64,000 bases of DNA from an uncultured Thermoleophilia bacterium (GCA_963774225.1 CAVZEA010000005.1:96535-160534), one strand, 5' to 3'. Shown: positions 1-10,792, counted from the stretch's first letter. Made by a program: numbers and translations. The notes: generated by a model not told the origin, from the sequence alone.

Positions 1-45
1 GCATCGTGGCCGGCTCGGCGAATCGGTCGACTACTGGGAGGGCGT

Positions 46-492
46 GTGAATCTCTTCGACGCCGAATTGCAGACGGACGAAGACGACCCTGCCGGCTACC
101 ACACCTCATATCTCCGCACGGCACCGGTTCTCGGCGCTGAGCTCATCGCGCTGAACGTGTTCGAGCTCTCGCCGGGCAGCAGCGTGTGCCCCTACCACTA
201 CGAGTGCGGCGAAGAGGAGTGGATCGTCGTGTTGACGGGACGTCCGACGTTGCGGACGCCGGAGGGCGAGCGTGAGCTCGCGCCGTGGGACTGCGCCTTC
301 TGCCCGGTTGGCGAGGAGGGGGCGCACAAGGTGACGAATCGAACCGACGAACCGGCGCGAATCATGATCTGGTCGAACCGGGCAACACCGGGAACCACGG
401 TGTATCCGGACTCGAACAAAGTCGGTGCGTGGCCGCCCGGCAAGCTCTTTCGGATGGACGACGCCGTCGAGTACTTCGAAGGCGAAGTTTGA
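46..492 (+). CDS. cupin-domain protein
   Basis: ORF track 46..492. Cupin-like core CPYHYECGEEEWIVVLTG ... GEEGAHKV. Alignable by eye to the ORF at 59529..59993. Confidence 0.65.
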   Translation: MNLFDAELQTDEDDPAGYHTSYLRTAPVLGAELIALNVFELSPGSSVCPYHYECGEEEWIVVLTGRPTLRTPEGERELAPWDCAFCPVGEEGAHKVTNRTDEPARIMIWSNRATPGTTVYPDSNKVGAWPPGKLFRMDDAVEYFEGEV

Positions 493-493
493 C

Positions 494-691
494 CTAGGCG
501 AACGGGCGGCCGCTTCGACGCCCGAGTTCGTGATGAATGACGTGTACTCGACGTGAGCCTCCAAGAGGCGCGTACGTCGTGTCTATCGCTCGACGAATGA
601 GTTCTGCGACTGACACTCCCGAGCGATCCGCCTCGTCGTCTAGGAACACGTATTGGGCGCGCGTCAGCACCAATTGGAAGCGATGACCCAT
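494..691 (-). CDS. ribbon-helix-helix (CopG/Arc-like) DNA-binding protein, antitoxin-like, no toxin partner
   Basis: Internal ATG (689..691) of ORF 494..808. MGHRFQLVLTRAQYVFLDDEADRSGVSVAELIRRAIDTTY matches the RHH strand-helix-helix pattern. Upstream ORF extension is Arg-rich junk. Confidence 0.55.
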   Translation of the reverse strand: MGHRFQLVLTRAQYVFLDDEADRSGVSVAELIRRAIDTTYAPLGGSRRVHVIHHELGRRSGRPFA

Positions 692-717
692 GCGCTGTAG
701 CTGTACAGCTACAGCGC
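692..717. promoter_or_regulatory. 26-bp perfect palindrome GCGCTGTAGCTGTACAGCTACAGCGC; candidate RHH operator or terminator hairpin
   Basis: Read directly and reverse complement verified. Abuts the RHH start codon and lies 38 nt downstream of the acyl-CoA dehydrogenase stop (756). Confidence 0.5.
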
Positions 718-755
718 GCAAAAATCGTCGCGAAACCGCGCCAAGTATGTGAAAG

Positions 756-1973
756 CTAAGCGTGCACCGGCGAGAGGGCCGGCGCCCACGAGCAGATCGG
801 CGACACATCGCCGCTGCGACCGTTCAGCCGGCGGAACCCGAGCGCATGCTCCGCCTGCATCATCTTGTGGATCTGCGTCGTGCCCTCGTAAATGATCGGC
901 GCACGCGCGTTGCGGAAGTACCGCTCGATGCCGTACTCCGCCGAGTAGCCGTAGGAGCCGAACACCTGGATCGCGAGGTGCGCTGCCTCGAACGCGGACT
1001 CCGTCGCATGCCACTTCGCGAGCGACGTCTCACGCGTGTTCCGCTTCCCCTCGTTCTTCATCCACGCAGCCTGCATGACCAGCAGCTTTGACGTCTCGTA
1101 GCCGAGCACCATCGTCGCAATCATGTCCTGCACGAACTGGTACTTGCCGATCGGCTGCCCGAACGTCTCGCGCTCACGCGCGTACTCGACCGACCGCTCG
1201 AGACACGCGCGAACCACGCCGCATGCGCCGGCGGCGACGGTGAACCGCCCCTGGTCGAGCGAATGCATCGCGATCTCGAACCCCTGACCCTCTTCACCGA
1301 TCAGGTTCTCGGCGGGCACCTCCAGGTTCTCGAAGAAGAGCTCGCCGGTCGAGCCCGCCCAGATGCCGAGCTTGTGCTCGGTGTCGACGCTCGTGAACCC
1401 CTTCATGCCCTTCTCGAGCACGAACGCGCTGATTCCCTTGTGACCCGCGGCAGGATCCGTCTTCGCGAACACGAGCGCGTGGTCGGCAACGGTCGCATAC
1501 GAGATCCAGTTCTTCTGACCGTTCAGCACGTACACGTCGCCCTCGCGCCGCGCGGTCGACCGCATCGACGCCACGTCGGACCCGGCGCCCGGCTCGGTGA
1601 GCCCGAAGCAGGCGAGCTTCTCGCCCTTCGCCTGCGGCGTCAGCCAGCGCTGCTTCTGCTCCTCGGTGCCGTACTTGAGCAGCGAGAGCGAGTTGAGCCC
1701 GACGTGCACCGAGATGAGCGTCCGGAACGCCGCCTCGCCGCGCTCGATCTCCTCGCACGCGAGTGCCTCGGCCACGTAGTCGAGGCCGGCGCCGCCGTAC
1801 TCCTCGGGCACCACGACGCCGAGAATCCCGAGCTCGGCCATCCCCTCGATGAGGTCGAGATCGAGCTTGTGGTCGATGTCGTTCTGGACCGCCACGGGGA
1901 GGACACGCTCGTCCACGAAGGCGCGGACGGTTTCCTGGATGAGGCGCTGCTCGTCGGTCAGCTCGAAGTCCAT
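756..1973 (-). CDS. acyl-CoA dehydrogenase
   Basis: 405-aa ORF with ACAD hallmarks (CFGLTEPGAGSD, YEGTTQIH). The last ~25 aa are atypical, so the true 3' end is uncertain. Confidence 0.9.
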   Translation of the reverse strand: MDFELTDEQRLIQETVRAFVDERVLPVAVQNDIDHKLDLDLIEGMAELGILGVVVPEEYGGAGLDYVAEALACEEIERGEAAFRTLISVHVGLNSLSLLKYGTEEQKQRWLTPQAKGEKLACFGLTEPGAGSDVASMRSTARREGDVYVLNGQKNWISYATVADHALVFAKTDPAAGHKGISAFVLEKGMKGFTSVDTEHKLGIWAGSTGELFFENLEVPAENLIGEEGQGFEIAMHSLDQGRFTVAAGACGVVRACLERSVEYARERETFGQPIGKYQFVQDMIATMVLGYETSKLLVMQAAWMKNEGKRNTRETSLAKWHATESAFEAAHLAIQVFGSYGYSAEYGIERYFRNARAPIIYEGTTQIHKMMQAEHALGFRRLNGRSGDVSPICSWAPALSPVHA

Positions 1974-2051
1974 GGCGCGCAGACTACCGAGCGGTCGGCG
2001 GCGATCCGCGCTGGAGCACGGATTGCCACTCGGCCGAGCGTCGGCTACATT

Positions 2052-2067
2052 TTGACTGACTAGTCAA
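2052..2067. promoter_or_regulatory. inverted repeat TTGACT-N4-AGTCAA in the divergent acyl-CoA dehydrogenase intergenic region
   Basis: Low-GC island between divergent starts 1973(-) and 2091(+). The arms are exact reverse complements and contain the GACTAGTC palindrome. Confidence 0.3.
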
Positions 2068-2090
2068 TCAAGATCTGCAGGAGTCGAGTC

Positions 2091-3276
<1,186 letters not shown>

Positions 3277-4107
3277 ATGATCGAGATCGATCTCTCCGGT
3301 CGCGTCGCGCTCGTCACGGGTGGCTCGCGCGGGCTCGGACGCGCTGACGCGCTCACGCTGGCCCGCGCAGGCGCCGACGTCGTGATCGCCGACCTGCTCG
3401 TGGAATCGGAGCTCTCCGAGGAGACCGACGGGTACGGCCCGCTGGCGACGGTCGCGCGCACGCAGGGCCTCGTCGGCACCGAGTCGGCCGCAGAGGAGAT
3501 TCGTGCGATGGGTCGCCGGTCGTTCGCCGTCAAGTGCGACGTCACCGACCGCGACCAGGTCGCCGCAGCGGTCGCCCGGACAGTCGAGGAGCTCGGCTCG
3601 GTCGACATCCTGATCAACAACGCGGGAACGCTCGATCACGTCGGCCAGTTCGCGGACCAGCAGCCGGAACTGTGGGAGCGCGATCTGCGCGTGAACCTGA
3701 GCGGCGCCTTCAACTGCGCGCAGGCGGTCTGGCCGCACATGCGCGAGCGGGGCTTCGGCCGGGTCGTGAACATGGCGTCGGTCGCCGGAACGCTCGGCGG
3801 CTTCGGCCAGGCGTCGTACTCGACGACGAAGGCCGGCATCCTCGGCCTGACCAAGACGCTCGCGATGGAGGGCGGCCGGCACGGGATCACCGCCAACGCG
3901 ATCGTGCCGGGGATCATCGGCACCGAGGCCTTCCACATGGCGAACGCGGCGATGAACGAGCGGATCGCGAACAGGACGGTGTTCAAGCGCCCAGGCGAGC
4001 CGCAGGACATCGCAAACGCGATCGCATTCCTCTGCTCCGACCTCGCCGGCTACATCACCGGTATCGAGCTCAACGTCTCGGGCGGCGTCGAGCTGTTCGT
4101 GTTCTAG
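3277..4107 (+). CDS. SDR-family oxidoreductase
   Basis: TGGSRGLG Rossmann motif, NNAG, YSTTK (YxxxK). 276 aa. Confidence 0.9.
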   Translation: MIEIDLSGRVALVTGGSRGLGRADALTLARAGADVVIADLLVESELSEETDGYGPLATVARTQGLVGTESAAEEIRAMGRRSFAVKCDVTDRDQVAAAVARTVEELGSVDILINNAGTLDHVGQFADQQPELWERDLRVNLSGAFNCAQAVWPHMRERGFGRVVNMASVAGTLGGFGQASYSTTKAGILGLTKTLAMEGGRHGITANAIVPGIIGTEAFHMANAAMNERIANRTVFKRPGEPQDIANAIAFLCSDLAGYITGIELNVSGGVELFVF

Positions 4108-4133
4108 GACCGGGCCCCAGCTACTCTGGCGGC

Positions 4134-5936
4134 GTGGCCGCCTCGTCACCGGCCGTTCGTCGCCGTGCCCCAGCGCGGTCCCGGCCCTGGACCCGCATCG
4201 TCGTCCTCGGTGTGGTGCTCGTGGCCCTGGTGGTCGTCCTTCCCCTCGTCTTTGCCGGGTCGCCCGCCCATCTTGCGAGTGGGACCCGCATCGGCGGCAT
4301 CGACGTCGGCGGCCTGACGCCGCATCAGGCCCAGGCGCGCCTCGAGTCGCGCGCCCGCGCGCTGGATCGCGTTCCGATCACCTTCCTCGCCGGCTCGCAT
4401 CGATTCCGGCTCTCGGCGCACGAGCTCGGGGTCCAAGCCGACTGGGGCGCGGCGGTCGCGGCTGCGAAGAAGCAGGGAGGCGGTATCGGTCTCGTACGCG
4501 GCTTCCGTCGGCTCTCGCTCGAGTTCTTCCCACAGGATCTCGTCCCACCCGAGCGCGCCTATGACGCCGCAATGGACTACGAGCTGGGCCTGATCACCAA
4601 GGCGGTCGACCGTCCCCAGCGCAACGCGGCGCTCGTGCGCCGCGGTCTGCGCGTGACGATCGCGACCGGTGCTGCAGGCGCGACGCTCGACCCCGCGGCT
4701 GCGCGCGAATCGATCGTGCACGCACTCGCAGGGTTCTCGCGCGCACCCGTTGCCCTGCCCGTGCAGACGACGACGCCCACGGTCACCGTCGCGTCGCTCA
4801 CCGCAGCTCAGCGTCTTGCCTCCACGATCGTGTCTGCGCCGCTTCGTCTCACCGTCGGCGGGAAGACGTTGCGCGTTCCCCGCTGGAGGCTCGCGACGAT
4901 CCTCGACCTGAAGACGATGCGCTTCGGCGGTCCGGCCGCCGACGCCTGGTTCGCCAAGCTCGAGCGGCAGACCGATCGCGACCCGAAGGACGCCGGTTTC
5001 GCGGTCCACGACACGCAGGTGCAGGTGACGCCGGGCGCGTCGGGTGTCGCGCTCGATGTGCCGCGTTCGGCTGCAGCCATGCTGGCGGCGGCCTCGCAGC
5101 CGACCGCGCGCACTGCACGCCTCGTGCTTGCAACCAAGCAGCCGGCCCGCAACATGTCGCAGGCCACGGCGATGGGCATCACGGGCGTGGTGGGCAGCTA
5201 CGAGACGTTCTACGGCGGCGACCCGAACCGAATCCACAACGTCGAGCTTGTCTCGCATCTCGTCGACAACAAGCTGATCGCGCCGGGCGCCACGTTTTCG
5301 TTCAACGAGACGACCGGAGAGCGAACGGCTGCAAAGGGCTTCCTCGAGGCACCCGTGATCGTCAACGGCGAGCTGCAGACAGGGCTCGGCGGCGGCGTCT
5401 GCCAGGTGTCGACGACCGTCTTCAACGCAGCGTACGAGGCAGGGCTGCGCATCACCGCGCGCACGAATCACGACCTCTACATCTCGCACTACCCACTTGG
5501 CCGCGATGCAACGGTGAACTATCCGGACGTCGACTTGAAGTTCGTGAACGACACGGGCCACTGGCTGCTCCTGCGGACGTGGGTCGGCCAGTCCTCGCTC
5601 ACGGTCAGCCTGTACGGGACGCCGCAGCATCGGCGCATCGAGACGATCGCCCAGCCGCTGCGTGTCGTTGCGCCGCCGCCGGTGCAGAAGACCGTCGACG
5701 CCACTCTGAAGCCGGGCCAAGTCGTCGTCGACGACCCCGGTGTGCCCGCACAGTCGACCTCCGTCGAGCGGAAGGTGTATGCGTCGAGCGGGACGCTGCT
5801 CTCTGACGAGACGTGGTACTCGAGCTATCGGGCCGAGCCGAAGATCATCCGGGTGGGGCCGAAGAAGAAGAAGAAGGCGCCGGCTCTGCCGACGTCGACG
5901 GTGCCGGTGGATATCCCGCCGACCGCTCCGCACTAG
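4134..5936 (+). CDS. VanW-domain protein with N-terminal membrane anchor and C-terminal G5 domain
   Basis: GTG 4134 within ORF 3534..5936. TM segment IVVLGVVLVALVVVLPLVFA. VanW-like core (GGGVCQVSTTVFNAAYEAGL, HYPLGRDATV). G5-like tail and a K-run. Confidence 0.8.
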   Translation: MAASSPAVRRRAPARSRPWTRIVVLGVVLVALVVVLPLVFAGSPAHLASGTRIGGIDVGGLTPHQAQARLESRARALDRVPITFLAGSHRFRLSAHELGVQADWGAAVAAAKKQGGGIGLVRGFRRLSLEFFPQDLVPPERAYDAAMDYELGLITKAVDRPQRNAALVRRGLRVTIATGAAGATLDPAAARESIVHALAGFSRAPVALPVQTTTPTVTVASLTAAQRLASTIVSAPLRLTVGGKTLRVPRWRLATILDLKTMRFGGPAADAWFAKLERQTDRDPKDAGFAVHDTQVQVTPGASGVALDVPRSAAAMLAAASQPTARTARLVLATKQPARNMSQATAMGITGVVGSYETFYGGDPNRIHNVELVSHLVDNKLIAPGATFSFNETTGERTAAKGFLEAPVIVNGELQTGLGGGVCQVSTTVFNAAYEAGLRITARTNHDLYISHYPLGRDATVNYPDVDLKFVNDTGHWLLLRTWVGQSSLTVSLYGTPQHRRIETIAQPLRVVAPPPVQKTVDATLKPGQVVVDDPGVPAQSTSVERKVYASSGTLLSDETWYSSYRAEPKIIRVGPKKKKKAPALPTSTVPVDIPPTAPH

Positions 5937-6330
5937 TGATCGCCTCCTGCAACCAGCTCGGGATGCGGGTGGGCCTCATCGTCTGCGCGTCGACGGTCGC
6001 GTGTGCCGTCCAGCCTTCTGCGACGACCGCGCCGTCGCGCTCGATCTCGTACTCGTAGCGGAAGCGTGCGCCGCGGAGCCCGACGCAGCGGGCGTGCACG
6101 ACAAGGCGGTCGTCGAAGCGCACCGGCTGGATGTAACGCACGTGCGTCTCGAGCACGACCGCTTCGACACCCAGCTCGCGCAGCCGGCCATAGCCGCCGG
6201 CGTAGCGCTCCAAGTGCTCGACGCGCGCAACTTCGAACCACACGAGGTAGTTCGAGTTGTGCGCGATGCCCTGTGCGTCCGTTTCTGCGAAGCGGACGCG
6301 AACCGGCGCTGAGACACTGAAGCCGTGCAC
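5845..6330 (-). CDS. 4HBT/YbgC-type acyl-CoA thioesterase
   Basis: C-terminal part of ORF 5845..7008. VRVRFAETDAQGIAHNSNYLVWFE hot-dog motif. GTG start at 6330 is assumed. The 3' end overlaps the VanW gene by about 90 nt. Confidence 0.7.
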   Translation of the reverse strand: MHGFSVSAPVRVRFAETDAQGIAHNSNYLVWFEVARVEHLERYAGGYGRLRELGVEAVVLETHVRYIQPVRFDDRLVVHARCVGLRGARFRYEYEIERDGAVVAEGWTAHATVDAQTMRPTRIPSWLQEAITSAERSAGYPPAPSTSAEPAPSSSSSAPPG

Positions 6331-6339
6331 GAGGCTGCC

Positions 6340-7059
6340 ATGCTCGCAGAACTGATCGCAGCGAATCAGCCGTGTGTTGCGCTGACGGGAGCCGGGGTTT
6401 CGACCGAGAGCGGCATCCCCGACTTCCGGAGCGCGGGCGGCATCTGGGCGCAATACGACCCGTACGAGGTCGCATCGATCGACGCGTTCCGAAGCGACCC
6501 CGGGCGCGTCTGGGAGTTCTATGCCCGCAGGCTGGCGGTTCTCGGACACGCGGAGCCGAACCAGGGCCACCTCGCTCTCGCGCAGCTCGAGCAACGCGGG
6601 CTCGTCGCGGCTGTGATCACCCAGAACGTCGACGGCCTGCACACAGCGGCGGGCTCGCGCGACGTGATCGAGGTGCACGGCTCGATCGCACAGGCGAGGT
6701 GTCTCTCCTGCGGCGTCGTCGCTGATCGCGATCAGGTCGCGCAGCTGCTGCCGGTGCCGCACTGCCCTGCCTGCGGCACCGTCCTCAAGCCCGACGTCGT
6801 CATGTTCGGAGAGCTGCTGTCGGCAGCGGTGTTCGAGCGGGCGGCGGCGCTCGCACGTGACGCGGCGCTGCTGCTCGTCGTCGGCTCGTCGCTCGAGGTC
6901 TGGCCGGTCGCCGGCTTGCCGGAGGAGACGCTGCACGCCGGCGGCAAGCTGGCGATCGTCAACCGCGACGCGACGCCGTACGACCAGCGCGCTGCACTCG
7001 TGGCTCACGCCGCCGCGGGCGACGTGCTGGCGGCCTGTGTCGCTGTGCTAGCCGACTGA
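6340..7059 (+). CDS. cobB: NAD-dependent protein deacylase (Sir2 family)
   Basis: GAGVSTESGIPDFRS, QNVDGLH, Zn ribbon CLSCG...CPACG. ATG 6340 (alternative GTG 6325). Confidence 0.85.
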   Translation: MLAELIAANQPCVALTGAGVSTESGIPDFRSAGGIWAQYDPYEVASIDAFRSDPGRVWEFYARRLAVLGHAEPNQGHLALAQLEQRGLVAAVITQNVDGLHTAAGSRDVIEVHGSIAQARCLSCGVVADRDQVAQLLPVPHCPACGTVLKPDVVMFGELLSAAVFERAAALARDAALLLVVGSSLEVWPVAGLPEETLHAGGKLAIVNRDATPYDQRAALVAHAAAGDVLAACVAVLAD

Positions 7060-8109
7060 TGGCAGCGCGAGCTGCAGGTGCTCCTCGAGGCCGGAGACGC
7101 CGACGCCGACGAGACGCAACGGCGCCGGGCGGTCGCGCAGGGCACGGTCCAGGAGCGCACAGGCCAGCTCGCCGATCCGGTCGGCGTCGTCGGTCCCGAC
7201 TGTGAGTGACGTGGAGCGCGTCCGGATCGAGAAGTCCGGGTAGCGCACCTTCGTCGTCACAGTGCGCCCGACCTGACCGCGTGCGCGCAGATACCCAGCG
7301 AGCTCGGTCGCCATCCGGCGGAGCTCGTCGTGCAGCCGCTCAGGGTCCGACACGTCGCGCGCGAACGTCTCCTCCTGCGAGACCGAGACGCGCACCGTCG
7401 ACACCTCGAGCGCGCGAGGATCGAGACCCCGTGCGCGGTCGCGAAGCTCCCGTCCGACCTTCCCTGGGAGGAGCGTCCGCAGCTCTTCGTCGGCGACGGC
7501 CGCAAGCTCGCCGATCGTCTCGATCCCGCCGGCCGTGAGCCGCTCCTCCGCACGAGGCCCGACACCCGGGAGGATGCGAATCGGGAACGGTGCGAGGAAC
7601 CGCGCCTCGAGGCCCGGCCGCACGACCGTGAGCCCGCCCGGTTTGCGCCGGTCCGAGGCGATCTTGGCCACGACCTTCGACGTGGCGACACCGAGCGAGC
7701 AGGAAAGCCGCGTCCCGGCGAAGACGACCGCACGCACGGCCTCAGCGAGCGCTCGCGCGTCGTCGAAGGCAGGTGCGATCTCGCCGAGATCGAGGTAGCC
7801 CTCGTCGATTCCCGTCTGCTCGACGGTGGGCACGACGTCGCGCACGCGCGACCAGACCTCGCGGGAATAATCCCGGTAGAGCGAATGCCGCGGCCGAACA
7901 AACACCGCGTGGGGACATCGGCGGAGCGCCTCGGCCGCCGACATCGCCGAGTGGATCCCGAAGCTCCGCGCGATGTAGTTCGCCGTAGCGACGACGCCCC
8001 GCCCGTGGGGATCGCCGCCGACGATCAGCGGCACGGTTCGCAGCTCGGGCTGCTCGAGCTCCTCGACGGCGGCGAAGAACGCATCCAGGTCGAGGTGCGC
8101 GACGATCAT
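7048..8109 (-). CDS. dinB: DNA polymerase IV
   Basis: MIVAHLDLDAFFAAVEE ... SIDEGYLD-type motifs (IDEGYLDL), 353 aa. Start ATG at 8107..8109 inside ORF 7048..9111. Confidence 0.9.
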   Translation of the reverse strand: MIVAHLDLDAFFAAVEELEQPELRTVPLIVGGDPHGRGVVATANYIARSFGIHSAMSAAEALRRCPHAVFVRPRHSLYRDYSREVWSRVRDVVPTVEQTGIDEGYLDLGEIAPAFDDARALAEAVRAVVFAGTRLSCSLGVATSKVVAKIASDRRKPGGLTVVRPGLEARFLAPFPIRILPGVGPRAEERLTAGGIETIGELAAVADEELRTLLPGKVGRELRDRARGLDPRALEVSTVRVSVSQEETFARDVSDPERLHDELRRMATELAGYLRARGQVGRTVTTKVRYPDFSIRTRSTSLTVGTDDADRIGELACALLDRALRDRPAPLRLVGVGVSGLEEHLQLALPSVG

Positions 8110-8883
8110 CCGGGAAGCGTACGGCCGCGCTCGGCGGCGGCAGCTGTCCTCGGCCTCGTCCTCGTTGCGCTCGTCGTGTCGGGCTGTGACATCTCGCAAG
8201 TTGCGAGTCGGCTCGGCATCCAGGTGACGCTCCGGCACTGCACTCCCGGCACGCTGCAGACGCTCTCGGCTGCCGACCGCTCCTACGCCGCCTTCGCACC
8301 CGAAGGTGCAGTCGCCCGGCGAACGCCGGGTGGGGCGGTGATCGCGACGTTCGGCAAGAAGAACGTCAATGACTACCCGACGGTGTTCGGCGTGCTCGGG
8401 AAGGTCGAGACCCAGAGCTGCGCGGCAAGCTGGTATCGCGTCGAGCTGCCGATGCGCCCGAACGGCATCGTCGGCTACGTCCGTGCCGGAGCCGTCGAGC
8501 TGCACCCGGTCGCCACGCGGATCGAGGTCGACCTCTCGACGAGGGAGCTCACGCTGTTCCGCTCCGCGCGACCCATTTTGCGCGCCACCGTCGCCGTGGG
8601 GGCGCCGGCCACGCCGACGCCGACCGGGCACTTCTACGTCAACCAGCGGCTCGTGCCCGACGACCCGAACGGCCCATTCGGGCCAGGCGCGGTCGGCATT
8701 TCGGCCTTTTCCGACGTCCTCACCGGTTGGGCGCAGGGCGGGCCCGTCGCGATCCACGGCACCGACGAGCCGTGGTCGATCGGCCACAACGTCTCCAACG
8801 GCTGCATTCGGCTTCCGAATCCGACGCTCGTTAGGGTCTTCCGCCTCGCGGTCGCCGGTACTCCGGTGATAATCCACGCATGA
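8095..8883 (+). CDS. L,D-transpeptidase (YkuD domain), probable lipoprotein
   Basis: Lipobox-like LVALVVSGC. Catalytic HGTDEPWSIGHNVSNGCIRL motif. The GTG 8095 start is tentative. Confidence 0.8.
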   Translation: MRDDHPGSVRPRSAAAAVLGLVLVALVVSGCDISQVASRLGIQVTLRHCTPGTLQTLSAADRSYAAFAPEGAVARRTPGGAVIATFGKKNVNDYPTVFGVLGKVETQSCAASWYRVELPMRPNGIVGYVRAGAVELHPVATRIEVDLSTRELTLFRSARPILRATVAVGAPATPTPTGHFYVNQRLVPDDPNGPFGPGAVGISAFSDVLTGWAQGGPVAIHGTDEPWSIGHNVSNGCIRLPNPTLVRVFRLAVAGTPVIIHA

Positions 8884-9146
8884 CGAGGAGCACACTGGAT
8901 CGGTTGACCACGCTCGGCGAGGAAGTGCTCGGCAAGGCGTCGCAGAACCCGAACCTCTCGCGCGTTGTGCAGGGCGCAACTCAGCTTCGCGACCGCGTCG
9001 ACGAGCTGCAGAAGCGCGTGCGCGGGCTCGAGGGTCTCGAGCGGCGGCTGGCAGAGGTCGAAGGGCGGCTCGCGAAGCTCGAGCGCGCAACACGCCGGCC
9101 AAGCGCCGCAAAGAGCACGAGCCCGAAGAGCGACTCGAAGAGCTAG
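8880..9146 (+). CDS. hypothetical coiled-coil protein (88 aa)
   Basis: ATGA overlap with the transpeptidase stop. Heptad-like LRDRVDELQKRVRGLEGLERRLAEVEGRLAKLE. Confidence 0.5.
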   Translation: MTRSTLDRLTTLGEEVLGKASQNPNLSRVVQGATQLRDRVDELQKRVRGLEGLERRLAEVEGRLAKLERATRRPSAAKSTSPKSDSKS

Positions 9147-9150
9147 ACGC

Positions 9151-10071
9151 TCACGCGGGCACTCGGACGCGTAGCGCGCCCGGGACGACCTCGAACGACG
9201 CCGGCGTCGTTCCTACCTGTTCGCCCTCGACTTCGATCGGGAGCACGTCGGTCGCATCGACGTCGACACGGCTCGTGCGCACCACCTCGACCTTCGCGTG
9301 GTGGACGTGCTTGCCCTTGTAGATCTTCGGCGCAGTCGTCAGAAAGTCGACCTTGCTCACGTCGCCGATCAGCACGACGTCGAACAGGCCGTCATCGGGC
9401 CTCGCGTCGGGGGCGAGCTTCATCCCCCCGCCGTGCCAGACGCCGTTCGCGACGACCACGTCGTGCATGCGTCCGCGCCGTTCGCCGCCGTCGAAGCGGA
9501 CGGTCACGTCCGTGTTCTCCCACTCGAGGAAGACGCGGGTGAGCGCATAGAAGAACGTCGCTTTGCCGCCGAGCGCCTTCGACATCCCGTTCGCCCGCTG
9601 GGCGACGGCACCGCTCATCCCGACCGAGCCGACGTTCGCGAAGTACCGCTCCGCATCCTCGCCGGCCCACGTTCGATAACGCACTAGGCCGGCGTCGATC
9701 GTCCGCACGTCACCTTCGGCAGCGACGCGCACCGCATCGTCGAACTTGCGTGGGATCCCATAGGTGCGGACGAAGTCCATACCCGTTCCGATCGGGATCG
9801 TCGCGAGATCGACGTCCCTCCCCGCGACGCCGTTCACGACCTCGTTCAGGGTTCCGTCGCCGCCCACGGCGACGACGAGCGTCGCGCCGTCGTCGACAGC
9901 CTTCCGCGCGAGCTCGATCAGATGGCCGGGCCGCTCCGAGAACAGCGTCTCGCCCGCCAGCCCGAGACGGGCTGCCCGATGTGCGAGCGTGGGCCAACGC
10001 TTCCCGGTCGCTCCGTTCGAAGACGCCGGGTTGACGAGGAAGGCGACGCGGTCAGTGCGTGACCGCGACAT
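9151..10071 (-). CDS. diacylglycerol-kinase-family lipid kinase
   Basis: VVAVGGDGTLNEVVNG motif, 306 aa. Confidence 0.85.
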   Translation of the reverse strand: MSRSRTDRVAFLVNPASSNGATGKRWPTLAHRAARLGLAGETLFSERPGHLIELARKAVDDGATLVVAVGGDGTLNEVVNGVAGRDVDLATIPIGTGMDFVRTYGIPRKFDDAVRVAAEGDVRTIDAGLVRYRTWAGEDAERYFANVGSVGMSGAVAQRANGMSKALGGKATFFYALTRVFLEWENTDVTVRFDGGERRGRMHDVVVANGVWHGGGMKLAPDARPDDGLFDVVLIGDVSKVDFLTTAPKIYKGKHVHHAKVEVVRTSRVDVDATDVLPIEVEGEQVGTTPASFEVVPGALRVRVPA

Positions 10072-10762
10072 CGAGCGCGATCGTCGTCATCCGGTCGACG
10101 GCGGCACGGAGATCGTCGTCGCTGATCCGCGTGAACACACCCTCGACCACGATGTCACTGACGGTGAGCAGGCAGCCGGACTCGACGCCGCGCAGGGCCG
10201 CGACCGTGAACAACGCAGACGCCTCCATCTCCACCGCGAGCACGCCGCGTTTCGACCAGCGCTCGTACTGGCCGCCGTCCGGGTTGTAGAAGACGTCGCT
10301 CGAGACGATCGGACCGACGTGCAGCTCCTGGCCGAGCTCCTTCGCCACGTGCACGGCACCGTGGATCACGGGCCATGAAGCGGTGGGGCAGTGTGGCTCG
10401 TTGCCGACGAGGTGCATTGCCGTCGAGTCGGCCGGCACCGCCGTGAGGGCGACGATCAGGTCGCCGAGTTGATGGTGCGGCTGAAGGCCGCCGCACGTGC
10501 CCACGCGGATGAGCCGCTTGCAGCCGAGCTGCACGAGCTCCTCGAAGACAATCGTCGCGCCCGGGCACCCCATCCCGGTGCCCTGGACCGAGACCGGCTT
10601 CCCTTTCCACGTCCCCGTGTAGCCGAGCAGCCCGCGCTCGCTGTTTCGCTGGACGACGTCGTCGAGATAGGTCTCGGCGATGTACTTCGCCCGCAGCGGA
10701 TCGCCCGGAAGGAGCACCGCATCGGCGTATTCGCCGGGCTCGGCGCGAACGTGGATCGGCAT
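10052..10762 (-). CDS. deoD: purine nucleoside phosphorylase, DeoD type
   Basis: GDPLRAKYIAE, VQGTGMGCPGATIVFEEL, RVGTCGG. Overlaps the downstream kinase start by 20 nt. Confidence 0.9.
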   Translation of the reverse strand: MPIHVRAEPGEYADAVLLPGDPLRAKYIAETYLDDVVQRNSERGLLGYTGTWKGKPVSVQGTGMGCPGATIVFEELVQLGCKRLIRVGTCGGLQPHHQLGDLIVALTAVPADSTAMHLVGNEPHCPTASWPVIHGAVHVAKELGQELHVGPIVSSDVFYNPDGGQYERWSKRGVLAVEMEASALFTVAALRGVESGCLLTVSDIVVEGVFTRISDDDLRAAVDRMTTIALDVAVTH

Positions 10763-10792
10763 CGGCGTCGCAGCCTATAGGAGACTTCGCCC

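Noticed and set aside
5861-5880. (AAG)5 trinucleotide run.
   Set aside because: It simply encodes the KKKKK stretch near the VanW/G5 protein C-terminus. It is short and in frame, with no evidence of phase variation.
6325-6330. Divergent thioesterase and cobB starts sharing the GTGCAC palindrome; also the dinB/L,D-transpeptidase 5' overlap at 8095..8109.
   Set aside because: Both depend on uncertain alternative start choices (ATG 6340 is as likely for cobB). This is not robust enough to interpret.
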